The notes beneath the pieces were generated by a model. It searched no databases. It was given only the letters and a program-made list of their open reading frames with translations, and had not been told where the DNA came from. Shown here piece by piece: positions 42,864-53,568 of a stretch of DNA of 64,000 bases. Location: positions 29,165-93,164 of the forward strand of contig CAKPCG010000002.1 of NCBI GenBank assembly GCA_934141475.1, in the 5' to 3' direction. Source of the stretch: an uncultured Clostridia bacterium. GTDB taxonomy: Bacteria > Bacillota > Clostridia > TANB77 > CAG-508. Position 1 is the stretch's first letter; every line of letters starts with the position of its first letter. The translations under genes and the position numbers were made by a program.

Positions 42864-43811
42864 GTGGAAAAAGAAAAGAGGATATGTTTAAGGAATAGAG
42901 ATTTCAATTTTATAATGTATTTATCTGAATATGGAATTATAACAAATGAAAATGTTAAATTATTTTATGATTCAAAATATTATTATAAAAACAGATTAGC
43001 AAGTTTAGCAAAAGGTGAGTTTATTGAACGAGTATATGGAAAAGTTGTATTAGGTAGAAAAGGAAAAAGCTATTTAAATAAAATAGGATTAGGTTATAGA
43101 AATATAAATAGAAATGAAACATATAAAAAGAGAATGGAAAGAATTAGTGATGTATCTTGTAAAGTACAATTAGCCGGATGGTTCTTTGAGCCAAGTTGGA
43201 GGTGTAGTGTAAATACTTATACAAAAAGAGGCAATAGATTTATTGGTGTCATGTCGAGAGAAAAAAGATGGTGGCAAGAAGCTGATGAGGATTTTTACCC
43301 AAGATCTTATATAGTTTATTTTCTGCATAAAGATATTACACCAAGAGAATTAAAGTATATAGACAAAGAATTAGAAAGAAATAAAAATGATTTTAAAGGT
43401 GCAATTATATTTATAGAAGATGAATGGCTCCTAAACCATCCAAAATTCACAAATATAAATTTTAGTGAGAATTATATAATTCTATATCAAAAAGAAATAT
43501 GGGATATATTCAAAAAAATTTTAGATGAAGATTATATGAAAAATAGGATAATTAATATATTTGGAGAAAATATTTATAGAGTAAAAGGATACATATATGA
43601 AATATATTGCAAAAAGGAAGAAGAGCTATATACATATATTTTTCCAATGCCTTTTGTTGATTTTAGTATTATGGATTGGATTAATTATATGGTTGATAGT
43701 AGTATTCATGGTGATATTAAATGCAAGGTTGTTTGCAATGAATTTTGCATAGAGGATGTTAGAAATTTTTTGAAAGATAAAGTTGAAGTGATTTGTTTAA
43801 TAGAACAATAG
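42864..43811 (+). CDS. hypothetical protein
   Basis: ORF with GGGAGGAAG RBS. Preceded by three copies of the 10-mer TCACACTTTT/AAAAGTGTGA. Confidence 0.3.
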   Translation: MEKEKRICLRNRDFNFIMYLSEYGIITNENVKLFYDSKYYYKNRLASLAKGEFIERVYGKVVLGRKGKSYLNKIGLGYRNINRNETYKKRMERISDVSCKVQLAGWFFEPSWRCSVNTYTKRGNRFIGVMSREKRWWQEADEDFYPRSYIVYFLHKDITPRELKYIDKELERNKNDFKGAIIFIEDEWLLNHPKFTNINFSENYIILYQKEIWDIFKKILDEDYMKNRIINIFGENIYRVKGYIYEIYCKKEEELYTYIFPMPFVDFSIMDWINYMVDSSIHGDIKCKVVCNEFCIEDVRNFLKDKVEVICLIEQ

Positions 43812-43913
43812 AAGAAAATGGAAAAAATAACATAGAATCATTGAGAAAAAAGTCGTTTTATGATATAAATATATCATAGAAATAGGATAACTAATATATG
43901 GGAGTTTAAGAAT

Positions 43914-46900
43914 ATGAAAATTATTGAAATATTAGAAGAGTTTAGAAAAATATTTGCTAATGAAAGAGATAAGGGGACAGCTTTTGAAAAAATAGTAAAA
44001 ATATATTTAGAAAACGAACCAAAATATAGAGAAATTATAGAAAAAGTATGGATGTGGGCAGATTTTCCGTATAGAGATAATATAGGAGATACTGGAATTG
44101 ATCTTGTAGCAAAAACAGTTTATGATGAATATTGGGCAATTCAATGTAAATTTTATGCTGAAGATCACGAAATAACAAAGGGGGACGTTGACACTTTTCT
44201 AGCAACTTCTTCTAAATATTTTTATGTAGACGGTGAAAAAAGAAAATATGATTATAGATTATTTGCTTCAACTACAAATTATTATAGTAAAAATGCAGAA
44301 GAAACTTTGCAAGACCAAGATCCGCCTGTAGGAAGAATAAGTTTAGAAACATTATTGGAATCTCAAATTGATTGGAAAAAATATTCACCAGTTCAAAATG
44401 TAATAGAATTAAAAGATAAAAAGACACCAAGAAATCATCAAAACAAAGCAATTAAAGATGTTTTGAACGGATTTAAGGAACATGATAGAGGAAAACTAAT
44501 AATGGCTTGCGGAACTGGAAAAACATTTACTAGCCTAAGAATTGCAGAAGAGCAATTAAACGGAACAGGAAATGTTTTGTTTTTAGTACCATCAATTGCT
44601 TTAGCTAGTCAAACTTTGACAGAATGGGCAGCACAATGTAGATATAGTTTTAATGCTGCTATTGTTTGTAGTGATAATAAAGCTTCAAAAGGTGAAGAAT
44701 CTATAGATCTAGGTTTCCCATCAACAACTGATGTAAATAGATTAAAAAAATGGGCTGATAAGTGTAAATATGATGGCAAAGAAATGAATTTTATATTTTC
44801 AACATATCAGTCAATAGATGTGGTTTCAAATTTTCAAAAAATGACAGACTACCATTTTGATATAATTATTTGCGATGAAGCACACAGAACGACAGGAGTT
44901 ACTTTAAGCGATGAAGATGAAAGTTATTTTGTTAAGGTTCATGATGATAACTTTATTCATGCTAAAAAAAGATTATATATGACAGCTACACCAAGAATAT
45001 ATGGTGATGCAGCTAAAGGAAAAGCAAATAGTGTAAATGCAGAATTATGTTCGATGGATGATGAGAGTATCTATGGCCCAGAGTTCCATAGATTAAGTTT
45101 TAGTGATGCTATAAAACAAGATTTATTATCAGATTATAAAGTACTAGTGTTAGCGGTAGATGAAGAATATGTAAAGAAAGAATTACAGGATTTATTAAAA
45201 GGTGCAAATCATGAATTACAATTAGAAGATTCAGTAAAGATTATGGGATGTTGGAATGGTCTTTCAAAGATTTCTACATGGGATGAAAAAGAAAATTTTG
45301 TAACTGATCCTTTACCAATGAAGAGAGCAGTAGCTTTTTGTAATAGAATTAAAGATTCTCAAAAATTAGTAGAGATGTTTAAAACAATTCAAAAACATGT
45401 AAAAGAAGATAAATATAATCCAGAAAGCAAAAATTTGGTAAATATAGATATAAGACATGTGGACGGTTCTTTTAATGCACTAGAGAAAAAAGAATGTATT
45501 AATTGGTTAAAAGAAGATATTGAAGATGGAAACTGTAGAATATTAACTAATGCAAGATGCTTATCAGAAGGCGTAGATGTCCCTGCATTAGATGCAGTTA
45601 TGTTTTTAAATCCAAGAAGTAGTATGGTAGATATTATACAATCAGTTGGAAGAGTTATGAGAAAGGCTGAAGGTAAAAAATATGGTTATGTTATTTTACC
45701 AATTGGTATTTCAGCATCAGAAGATCCAGATGAAGCACTAGATAAAAATGAAAAGTATAAATTAGTCTGGGAAATATTACAAGCATTGAGAGCACATGAT
45801 GATAGATTTAATAATACAATAAATAAAATTGAATTAAATAAAAGAAAACCTGATCAAATTCAAGTAATTGGAATAGGTGAAAAAAACGCAGAAGATAGAG
45901 ATGACGGATATAAAAAAGTAAAAATAAAAACTAACAAAAAGGTTTATGAGGGCCAAATAAAAATTGATTTAGAGACATTTGACAAATGGAAAGAATCTGT
46001 GTATGCGAAAATGGTTAAAAAGGTTGGCTCAAGAATATATTGGGAAAATTGGGCTAAAGATGTAGCAGAAATTGCTACTTCTCATATGGATAAAATGCGC
46101 GAACTAATAAATAGTGATAATCCAAAAATAAAAAAAGAAATAGAAAATTTTGTTACGGGATTAAAAGAGAACCTAAACAATTCAATAACTCAAGAAGATG
46201 CAATTGAAATGTTAGCTCAGCACATGATAACAAAACCTGTATTTGATGCATTGTTTGAAAATTACGAATTTGTTAAAAATAATCCTGTTTCTAAAACGAT
46301 GCAAAAAATGATAGACATTTTAGACAAAGAAATGTCTAATGAAGAGAAAGAAAAATTAAATAAATTTCATGAAAGTGTAAAAGAAAGAGCACAAGGAATC
46401 GATAATGCCGAGGGAAAGCAAAGAATAATATTAGAACTATATGAAAAATTCTTTAAAATAGCATTACCAAAAGAAGTTGACAAGTTAGGAATCGTATATA
46501 CACCACCAGAATGCGTTGACTTTATAATACATAGTGTAGAATATTTAATGAATAAAGAATTTGGAAAAAGTTTATCAGATCACGGGGTTCATATAATTGA
46601 TGGATTTACAGGGACAGGAACATTTATAGTAAGATTACTTCAAAGTGGTGTTGTAAAAAAAGAAGATTTATTATATAAATATACAAATGATATTCATGCG
46701 AATGAGATTGTTTTACTAGCATATTATATTGCTGCAATTAATATTGAAGAAACATTTCACGAGTTGAGTGGAAAAAAAGAATATACTCCTTTTGATGGAA
46801 TTGTTTTAACTGATACTTTTCAACTATATGATAATAAATATGAAAATAATGAATATATATCAGAGATGTTAGAAGAAAATAATGAAAGAGCGAACAGACA

Positions 46901-48671
46901 AAGGGAATTACCAATAACTGTATGTATAGGAAATCCACCTTATTCTATTGGACAGAAATCAGCAGACGATATGGCTCAAAATTTAAATTATAGTAAGTTA
47001 GATGAAAAAATAATGTGTACATATGCCAGATATTCTAAAGCTAGTTTAAGAAGGGGATTGTATGATAACTATATTAGGGCTTTTAGATGGGCAACAGATA
47101 GAATTGATGATCATGGAATAATAGCATTTATAACTAATGGATCATTTATTGACAATCAAGGAATGGATGGATTTAGAAAATGTTTAGTGGATGAATTCAC
47201 ATCAATTTATGTATTTAATTTGAGAGGTAATCAAAGAACATCAGGTGAAATGTCTAGAAAAGAAGGTGGAAAAATATTTGGAAGTGGCAGTAGAACTCCA
47301 GTTGCAATAACTTGCTTAATAAAAAATAAAAATAGAATGCAGGATAATTTTATACATTATTATGATATAGGAGATTATTTAAGTAGAGAACAAAAGTTAA
47401 CTATAATAAAAAAATATGGCAATATAAATAATATGAAATGGAAAAAGATAACTCCAGATGAAAATAATGATTGGATTAATATTAGAAATAGAAATTTTCA
47501 AAAGTTAATTTCTCTGACTCCAGAATTTAAAGGGGACATGCATACGAAATCTGTTTTTACAAATTATTTTATTGGAACTGTAAGTAGTAGAGATACATGG
47601 GTATATAATTATTCTAATAATAAAGTTAAATGTAATATGAATGAAATGATTAATTATTATAATAATGAAGTAGACAGAATTAAGACTGAAGGAGGAGATG
47701 TAAAAGTTAATACAGAAAAAATAAGTTGGTCTAGAGGGTTAAGACAGAGAGCAAAAAGGTGTGAAAAAATTAAATATAATAGTGATGTAATAATAAAAAC
47801 AATTTATAGACCATTTGTTAAACAAAATTTTTACTTTGATTCAAATGTTATTGAAAGTCCAGGAAAAGTTAAAGATATTTTTCATGATAATAATAAAATA
47901 ATTTGCGTATCAGGAGTAGGGGCTAGCAAAGATTTTTCATGTTTGATTTTAGATAATATACCTTGTTTGGATACTGTTGAAAAAGGACAATGTTTTCCAT
48001 TATATTGGTATGAAAAAAATGATAATAATTTGCTGGGTGAAGGCAACGATGAAGGATATATTAAACATGAAGGAATATCTGATGATATTTTAAATAAATT
48101 TGAAAAAAAATATAGTATAAAACTAAAAAAAGAAGATGTATTTTACTATATTTATGGAATTTTGCATTCTAAAGATTATAGAGAGACATTCAAATTTGAT
48201 TTAAAAAAATCTTTACCAAGGATACCTATAGTAGATAATTCTGAAGATTTTATTAAATTTTCAGAAGCTGGGAGAAAATTAGCGGATTTACATTTAAATT
48301 ATGAAAAAGTTAAACCATATAAAAAATGTGAAATAATAAAAAACAAAGATAATTATAAAGTTATTAAAATGAAATTTGGTAAAAATAAAGACAAATCAAT
48401 TATTCAATATAATGATAATATAATAATAAAAAATATTCCATCTAAAGCATATGAATATGTAGTCAATGGAAAATCTGCAATAGAATGGATTATGGAAAGA
48501 TATGCTATTACTACAGATAAGAAAAGTGGAATTGTTAATGATCCAAATGATTGGTGTAAAGAAGTAAATGATGAAAAATATATATTTAATTTATTATTAA
48601 GAATAATAAATGTTTCAGTTAAGACAGTAGATATAATAAATTCATTGCCTAAATTGAATTTTGAAGAGTAG
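43914..48671 (+). CDS. Type ISP restriction-modification enzyme (Mrr-like nuclease, SF2 helicase-like ATPase, gamma-class N6-adenine methyltransferase and target-recognition domain in one polypeptide)
   Basis: N-terminal DTGIDLVAK...QCKFY (PD-(D/E)xK). Walker A ACGTGKTFT, DEAH IICDEAHR and motif VI QSVGRVMR. MTase motif I DGFTGTGTF and motif IV NPPYSIG. 1585 aa, as for LlaGI/LlaBIII. Confidence 0.75.
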   Translation: MKIIEILEEFRKIFANERDKGTAFEKIVKIYLENEPKYREIIEKVWMWADFPYRDNIGDTGIDLVAKTVYDEYWAIQCKFYAEDHEITKGDVDTFLATSSKYFYVDGEKRKYDYRLFASTTNYYSKNAEETLQDQDPPVGRISLETLLESQIDWKKYSPVQNVIELKDKKTPRNHQNKAIKDVLNGFKEHDRGKLIMACGTGKTFTSLRIAEEQLNGTGNVLFLVPSIALASQTLTEWAAQCRYSFNAAIVCSDNKASKGEESIDLGFPSTTDVNRLKKWADKCKYDGKEMNFIFSTYQSIDVVSNFQKMTDYHFDIIICDEAHRTTGVTLSDEDESYFVKVHDDNFIHAKKRLYMTATPRIYGDAAKGKANSVNAELCSMDDESIYGPEFHRLSFSDAIKQDLLSDYKVLVLAVDEEYVKKELQDLLKGANHELQLEDSVKIMGCWNGLSKISTWDEKENFVTDPLPMKRAVAFCNRIKDSQKLVEMFKTIQKHVKEDKYNPESKNLVNIDIRHVDGSFNALEKKECINWLKEDIEDGNCRILTNARCLSEGVDVPALDAVMFLNPRSSMVDIIQSVGRVMRKAEGKKYGYVILPIGISASEDPDEALDKNEKYKLVWEILQALRAHDDRFNNTINKIELNKRKPDQIQVIGIGEKNAEDRDDGYKKVKIKTNKKVYEGQIKIDLETFDKWKESVYAKMVKKVGSRIYWENWAKDVAEIATSHMDKMRELINSDNPKIKKEIENFVTGLKENLNNSITQEDAIEMLAQHMITKPVFDALFENYEFVKNNPVSKTMQKMIDILDKEMSNEEKEKLNKFHESVKERAQGIDNAEGKQRIILELYEKFFKIALPKEVDKLGIVYTPPECVDFIIHSVEYLMNKEFGKSLSDHGVHIIDGFTGTGTFIVRLLQSGVVKKEDLLYKYTNDIHANEIVLLAYYIAAINIEETFHELSGKKEYTPFDGIVLTDTFQLYDNKYENNEYISEMLEENNERANRQRELPITVCIGNPPYSIGQKSADDMAQNLNYSKLDEKIMCTYARYSKASLRRGLYDNYIRAFRWATDRIDDHGIIAFITNGSFIDNQGMDGFRKCLVDEFTSIYVFNLRGNQRTSGEMSRKEGGKIFGSGSRTPVAITCLIKNKNRMQDNFIHYYDIGDYLSREQKLTIIKKYGNINNMKWKKITPDENNDWINIRNRNFQKLISLTPEFKGDMHTKSVFTNYFIGTVSSRDTWVYNYSNNKVKCNMNEMINYYNNEVDRIKTEGGDVKVNTEKISWSRGLRQRAKRCEKIKYNSDVIIKTIYRPFVKQNFYFDSNVIESPGKVKDIFHDNNKIICVSGVGASKDFSCLILDNIPCLDTVEKGQCFPLYWYEKNDNNLLGEGNDEGYIKHEGISDDILNKFEKKYSIKLKKEDVFYYIYGILHSKDYRETFKFDLKKSLPRIPIVDNSEDFIKFSEAGRKLADLHLNYEKVKPYKKCEIIKNKDNYKVIKMKFGKNKDKSIIQYNDNIIIKNIPSKAYEYVVNGKSAIEWIMERYAITTDKKSGIVNDPNDWCKEVNDEKYIFNLLLRIINVSVKTVDIINSLPKLNFEE

Positions 48672-48683
48672 AAGGGAATATAA

Positions 48684-49709
48684 ATGAAATCTGTAAATAG
48701 AAATGCTAGTGCAAGTGCTTTTGGATGGCAATTTCAAATTAATATAGCTATATATTTAATGATAAAGTATTTTGGAAAATTTAAAGAAATGAAAATAGAA
48801 GGGAAAAAAGAAGATATTGAAATTTCTTTAAATAATAGTAGAAAAATTTATGCACAAGCAAAATCAAAACAAAATATTAATGATGAAAACACAAGTTCAT
48901 ATCCAGCAAAATTAAAAAAAGCTTTAGAATCACTATCAGATGTTGATGATAGTGATCCTGAAAGTCTTATATATATAAGTAATTTAGAACCTAATCCATT
49001 AAATTCAGGAACAAATGAATTTGAATTAGTATCATTTCTGAAATATAATGAATTATCTTTAGCTTCAAGGCAAAAAATTGATATACAACTTGATAATATA
49101 AAAAGTAAGATAAATAAGAGCAAATTGATAGTTGCTAAAGTTCCCTTTTTTGGAGAAGACAAAGAAACAAAACAGAAATATATAATTGAAAAAATTGAAG
49201 ATTTTTTAACTTTTATTAGTTCTGATTTATTACCATATAAAAATAGATTTTTGGAAATGTGGGAGTCTGAGACATTGCATAATGCAACTCAAAGCAATAT
49301 GAAATTGAAAATAAAAAAAGAAGATGTTTTGTGGAGACTTTTGATATTAAAATTAGGCGATGGAAACTCAATAAAGTTTGATGAGAGTATGGGAATTGAA
49401 GAAGAAGATTTTTTTGAAGCATTAGATAGATATGATAGAATAATTAATTATAAAGAAGCTGATTTTGATGTTTATAATAAAATTAGTAATTTAATAGTAA
49501 AAGCAAAAAACGAAAATAAAGAAATAAGAAGCAATCAGTTTGTTACAAAATATGAAAAAGAAATATATGATGTGGTTTTTAAAGATAATAAAGATGAAAA
49601 GATGGAGACCATAGAGAAAGCTTGTTCAAAAATTATTGCTAAAAAAATATTCATAAGAAAAAGAAATATATTTCAAATGTTTGAAAGGGCTAATAAATAT
49701 GAAGATTAA
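48684..49709 (+). CDS. LmuA-like protein (DUF4297/Cap4-type nuclease fold candidate)
   Basis: FGWQFQ...KEDIEI...AQAKS resembles GxxFQ plus (D/E)...QxK nuclease signatures. Overlaps the downstream SMC-like gene. Confidence 0.4.
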   Translation: MKSVNRNASASAFGWQFQINIAIYLMIKYFGKFKEMKIEGKKEDIEISLNNSRKIYAQAKSKQNINDENTSSYPAKLKKALESLSDVDDSDPESLIYISNLEPNPLNSGTNEFELVSFLKYNELSLASRQKIDIQLDNIKSKINKSKLIVAKVPFFGEDKETKQKYIIEKIEDFLTFISSDLLPYKNRFLEMWESETLHNATQSNMKLKIKKEDVLWRLLILKLGDGNSIKFDESMGIEEEDFFEALDRYDRIINYKEADFDVYNKISNLIVKAKNENKEIRSNQFVTKYEKEIYDVVFKDNKDEKMETIEKACSKIIAKKIFIRKRNIFQMFERANKYED

Positions 49710-51132
49710 AAAAGTTATTATTCAAAGAAATTATGATTATAGAGAATTTGTTTTTGATGATAAAATTAATTTAATTTATAGTAAAGAAAACTCAAAAGGT
49801 AAGACTACTTTGTTAAGAGCAATATTATTTGGATTAGGATATAACATACCGGCAACAGATGGCATAAAAACTTTTGATGATTTTTATATACATATAGATT
49901 TAATAGAGAAATCCCATCAATATTCACTTGAAAGAAGTGGCGATATTGTTACATTGAATGAAGAAAATGAGAAAATAACTTACATAGTACCAGAGCAAAT
50001 ATATGAATTACATTCCAAAATCTTTAAAATAAATGATATTATAATGTTAAATAATTTATTAGCTATTTTTTATATAGATCAAGAAAAAGGATGGACACTT
50101 CTTAATAGAGGAATAATCATAGGCAAAAATAGATTTAATATAGAAGATTTCATTTCAACATTATCAGAAAAAGATGTATCTTCAATTAACAATGAAATAA
50201 AAAAATTAGAAGATGAAATAAGAAAATATAGATCGATTAAAAGTATTGCTGAATATAAAAATGAAAATATCATTGAGGAAGTTACATCTTATAGGAAAAA
50301 CGATGATAATGAGTTGTATAATAAGTTGAATTTGTTAAAAATGAGAGAAGTGGAAATAAAAAACGATATTAAAGATGTTAGTGGAATTTTAAAAGACAAT
50401 AAGAAATTAATTGATTATCTTGAAAAATTAGATATATATGTAAAGATTTCTGACGATAGTTCAATCAAGTTATCAAAAGAAAATATATTAAATTATAATG
50501 AAAATCAAATTTTTTATGAAACTAGAAAAAAAGAATTGGAAATCAATTTGGCTAAAGTAAAAGATGAGATTAATAGAATTGAAGATGAGTTAGATGATAG
50601 AAATATTTTATTTAATGTAAAAACTGTTGCAGATGAAGTTGATGATATGTTAAAGGACGTTAATATAAATGAAAGTCAAATGGATAAGATAATAGGTCAA
50701 TTAACAAGAAGAAAACAAAAATTGATGAATGAATTACATGAAATATTATCAGAAAATAATAAGTATTTAAATGAAATTTATAATACTATAAAAAAATATG
50801 CTAAAGAATTGAACTTTGACGAATATATTGGTGATAGTCCTAAATTTGTGTTAACAAATAAACTAAAAGGAAAGACTGGGAGAATATTAACACATATGGC
50901 ATTCTCTTTTAAAATGGCATATTTATTAGAAATAAAGAATAAATATGGTTTGATTTTACCTATAATAATAGATTCTCCACGAACAAATGAGTTAACTGAT
51001 GATGCTTCTGTTGCTATGATAAAAATATTGGAGCGAGATTTTAAGGATCATCAAGTGATTTTAGCATCTGTATATGATTTTAAAGAAATAAATAAAAAGA
51101 TTATAGAAATGAAAGAAAATTTATTTTGTTAA
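49699..51132 (+). CDS. SMC/RecF-like ATPase with a central coiled coil (LmuB-like)
   Basis: N-terminal NLIYSKENSKGKTTLLRAILFGLG Walker A. Long coiled coil. C-terminal LILPIIIDSP Walker B-like. Confidence 0.45.
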   Translation: MKIKKVIIQRNYDYREFVFDDKINLIYSKENSKGKTTLLRAILFGLGYNIPATDGIKTFDDFYIHIDLIEKSHQYSLERSGDIVTLNEENEKITYIVPEQIYELHSKIFKINDIIMLNNLLAIFYIDQEKGWTLLNRGIIIGKNRFNIEDFISTLSEKDVSSINNEIKKLEDEIRKYRSIKSIAEYKNENIIEEVTSYRKNDDNELYNKLNLLKMREVEIKNDIKDVSGILKDNKKLIDYLEKLDIYVKISDDSSIKLSKENILNYNENQIFYETRKKELEINLAKVKDEINRIEDELDDRNILFNVKTVADEVDDMLKDVNINESQMDKIIGQLTRRKQKLMNELHEILSENNKYLNEIYNTIKKYAKELNFDEYIGDSPKFVLTNKLKGKTGRILTHMAFSFKMAYLLEIKNKYGLILPIIIDSPRTNELTDDASVAMIKILERDFKDHQVILASVYDFKEINKKIIEMKENLFC

Positions 51133-51480
51133 AAATATACATTAATATTAAAATATATTATAAAGGATATATTGTTCAAGTGAAAAAAACAAGATATTAT
51201 TAAAAATAAGATAAAAGATGCTGAATACATATCCTGTTTTAAAAGAAAAAACAGAGATTTCAATAAAAAATGCTAAAAAAGTTGAAAAGTATCATTTGGA
51301 TTTAGGACAAACTTTAGATAATGAAAATTGCAATCCTTATACATCAGCATATAAAGTTGTAGAAGAATTAATAAAAAGAAATAATTGATACAGATGAAAA
51401 GCAAAGTATGAAAGTAATTTTTTAATTACAGGATTATTTTGCTTTTTATAGGATTTAGTATGAGAAAAGAAGGGAATAAA

Positions 51481-52383
51481 ATGAAAACGATATTATATAA
51501 AATAACATTACTAATAATTTTAACATTAGTCATATTTATATTACCAACAGAAAATATAATAAGAAATCTAATTATCTATGTAACACATATAAATAATGTA
51601 TATTTTGATATACTAGTAAAACTAGCTATTTTTTTATTAGTGATATTTATTTACGAATTAGACATAAAAAATTCAATAGAATATGGAAAAATTTACAAAT
51701 TTAGAACTCAAAAATTTGAAAGAAATCCAATAAAATATATTGTAATTGCTACATTAGGTTCAGAAGCATTAATTACAATAATATTAAGAATCTTAGATTT
51801 ATCAAAGAGAATAAATATATCATCAGAGACATGGGTAAATTATATTAGTAGTATATTAGGTATAACATTAACAGCATTTGGTATTATAATAACATTAAAT
51901 AAATATTTTAAAGATAAAGAAGAAAAAGAAAGTCCAAAATTAAAAATATTATCAGTTAATAAACCAGAGAAGATAGATTATTGTTGTAAAATTGATAATG
52001 ATTACACAAATAATTTAAAACATAAAATATACATTAAGTTAATAAATAAGGGTGATACAGCTATATTATCTCCTAATTTTAGAGATGAATATAATAATAT
52101 TTATGAAATAGAGCAAAAAAATGTGGAAAATCAAATTTTATATCAAATAGATCCATATGAACAAGAAAATAAGGATAAATATATAGTAGAATTAGAATTA
52201 TCTTTCAATGAAGGAATGTCAGAAAGAGTTTATAAATGCATTGATTTAATATATAATAATAAAGATTATAACGAATATATGACAACAATTAGAATAGAAT
52301 TTAATAGAAAAGATGGAAAGAATATATCTATTACTTGTGATAAGCAATTAAGAAATTATGATAGAATTTTAGGGATGGGGTAA
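51481..52383 (+). CDS. hypothetical membrane protein
   Basis: Three or four TM helices. GGGAATAAA RBS then ATG at 51481. Confidence 0.3.
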   Translation: MKTILYKITLLIILTLVIFILPTENIIRNLIIYVTHINNVYFDILVKLAIFLLVIFIYELDIKNSIEYGKIYKFRTQKFERNPIKYIVIATLGSEALITIILRILDLSKRINISSETWVNYISSILGITLTAFGIIITLNKYFKDKEEKESPKLKILSVNKPEKIDYCCKIDNDYTNNLKHKIYIKLINKGDTAILSPNFRDEYNNIYEIEQKNVENQILYQIDPYEQENKDKYIVELELSFNEGMSERVYKCIDLIYNNKDYNEYMTTIRIEFNRKDGKNISITCDKQLRNYDRILGMG

Positions 52384-52386
52384 AAA

Positions 52387-52803
52387 ATGAGAAATAAGTT
52401 AAATAAAATAATAGGTTATATTGTAATCATTTGTTTTATATATTTAATTATTTTTGAAAATAAATTTAATTTAGATTCATTCATTATAGGGAAATTTAAA
52501 TGTAAAACAGAAGAAGTAATATATTTTAAAAGTGTAATGTTAATTATAATCTCTTTAATTATTATGTTGATTAATCAAATAATTAACAAGTATGCAATTA
52601 ATATAGATTTACCACTCAAATCTTATATAAAAATTCATCCTATAAGAAGTGTAATTTTATTTGTAATATTATTAATAACTATATTAATATGTTCAATGTT
52701 TTTATTAGGTGTAACCAACATATTATGGTATATTATTCCATTAATATTAATTTGCTTTAGTGGTATTATTGGCTTTTATATAGGGATGATAGAAAAAGAT
52801 TAA
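52387..52803 (+). CDS. hypothetical membrane protein
   Basis: Four TM helices. Confidence 0.3.
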   Translation: MRNKLNKIIGYIVIICFIYLIIFENKFNLDSFIIGKFKCKTEEVIYFKSVMLIIISLIIMLINQIINKYAINIDLPLKSYIKIHPIRSVILFVILLITILICSMFLLGVTNILWYIIPLILICFSGIIGFYIGMIEKD

Positions 52804-52804
52804 G

Positions 52805-52846
52805 AAAAAAGTGTGATAGATAATACAATCTGAATCACACTTTTTT
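52805..52846. terminator. bidirectional hairpin between convergent genes, built from the AAAAGTGTGA/TCACACTTTT 10-mer
   Basis: aaaaagtgtga...tcacacttttt. Confidence 0.4.
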
Positions 52847-52851
52847 AAAAG

Positions 52852-53163
52852 TTACAATTTTAATAAAGCAATTGTATCTTGAATTCCATTCATATAATAC
52901 TTCTCATTCCAATAAATAGAATAATTTAAAAGTTCCTCTCTAAAATCATCAAGAATATTAGAAATATAATCAGAATCTTTGTCTGGAATAGCATCAAGAA
53001 TATTTTTACAAAAAGTATCATAATTGAGAGCATGTTTTCTATCTTCATCAGTTAAATTACTTTCTAATTTTTCAAATCTAAATTCCATCCAATCTTGTAA
53101 TAATTCATCATTATTATCATCTTTATTCATATTATTAAAACAACAAAAACATTTTTTATTCAT
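52852..53163 (-). CDS. hypothetical acidic protein with an N-terminal Cys cluster
   Basis: GGAGG RBS. MNKKCFCCFNN... Confidence 0.3.
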   Translation of the reverse strand: MNKKCFCCFNNMNKDDNNDELLQDWMEFRFEKLESNLTDEDRKHALNYDTFCKNILDAIPDKDSDYISNILDDFREELLNYSIYWNEKYYMNGIQDTIALLKL

Positions 53164-53330
53164 AATCAAAACCTCCATAAATTTATTAAATAATTGGGCT
53201 CAAAATGGGCACACAACCCACAAAAAATAACCCAAAATCACATAAATTTACAAAGTCAAAAAATTGGACACACCAAATATACCAATAAATACACCTCAAA
53301 ACTATATTTACCAATACTTTACGAGCTTTA

Positions 53331-53376
53331 CTCATAACCCGAAGGTGAGTGCGTTCGAGTCTTACCCCCGCAACCA
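53331..53376 (+). repeat. second, slightly diverged copy of the tRNA-Met 3'-half repeat (att-like, copy 2)
   Basis: CTCATAACCCGAAGGTGAGTGCGTTCGAGTCTTACCCCCGCAACCA. Identical to copy 1 except for the 5-6 nt in the middle. Confidence 0.55.
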
Positions 53377-53568
53377 CAATAAAATAAAGTATTTGCTAGA
53401 TTTTAGCAGGTGCTTTTTTCTTGCATTTTTGGGCAAAATTGTCACACTTTGGTCACAATTAGGGAGAGACTTGGCACAGCTAGGCAAGTTTTAACAGGAA
53501 ATGTATTTCAATAATTCACAGGAAGTGGTATAATTTGGGAAAATGATATAAGAAATGGAGAATTGAAT

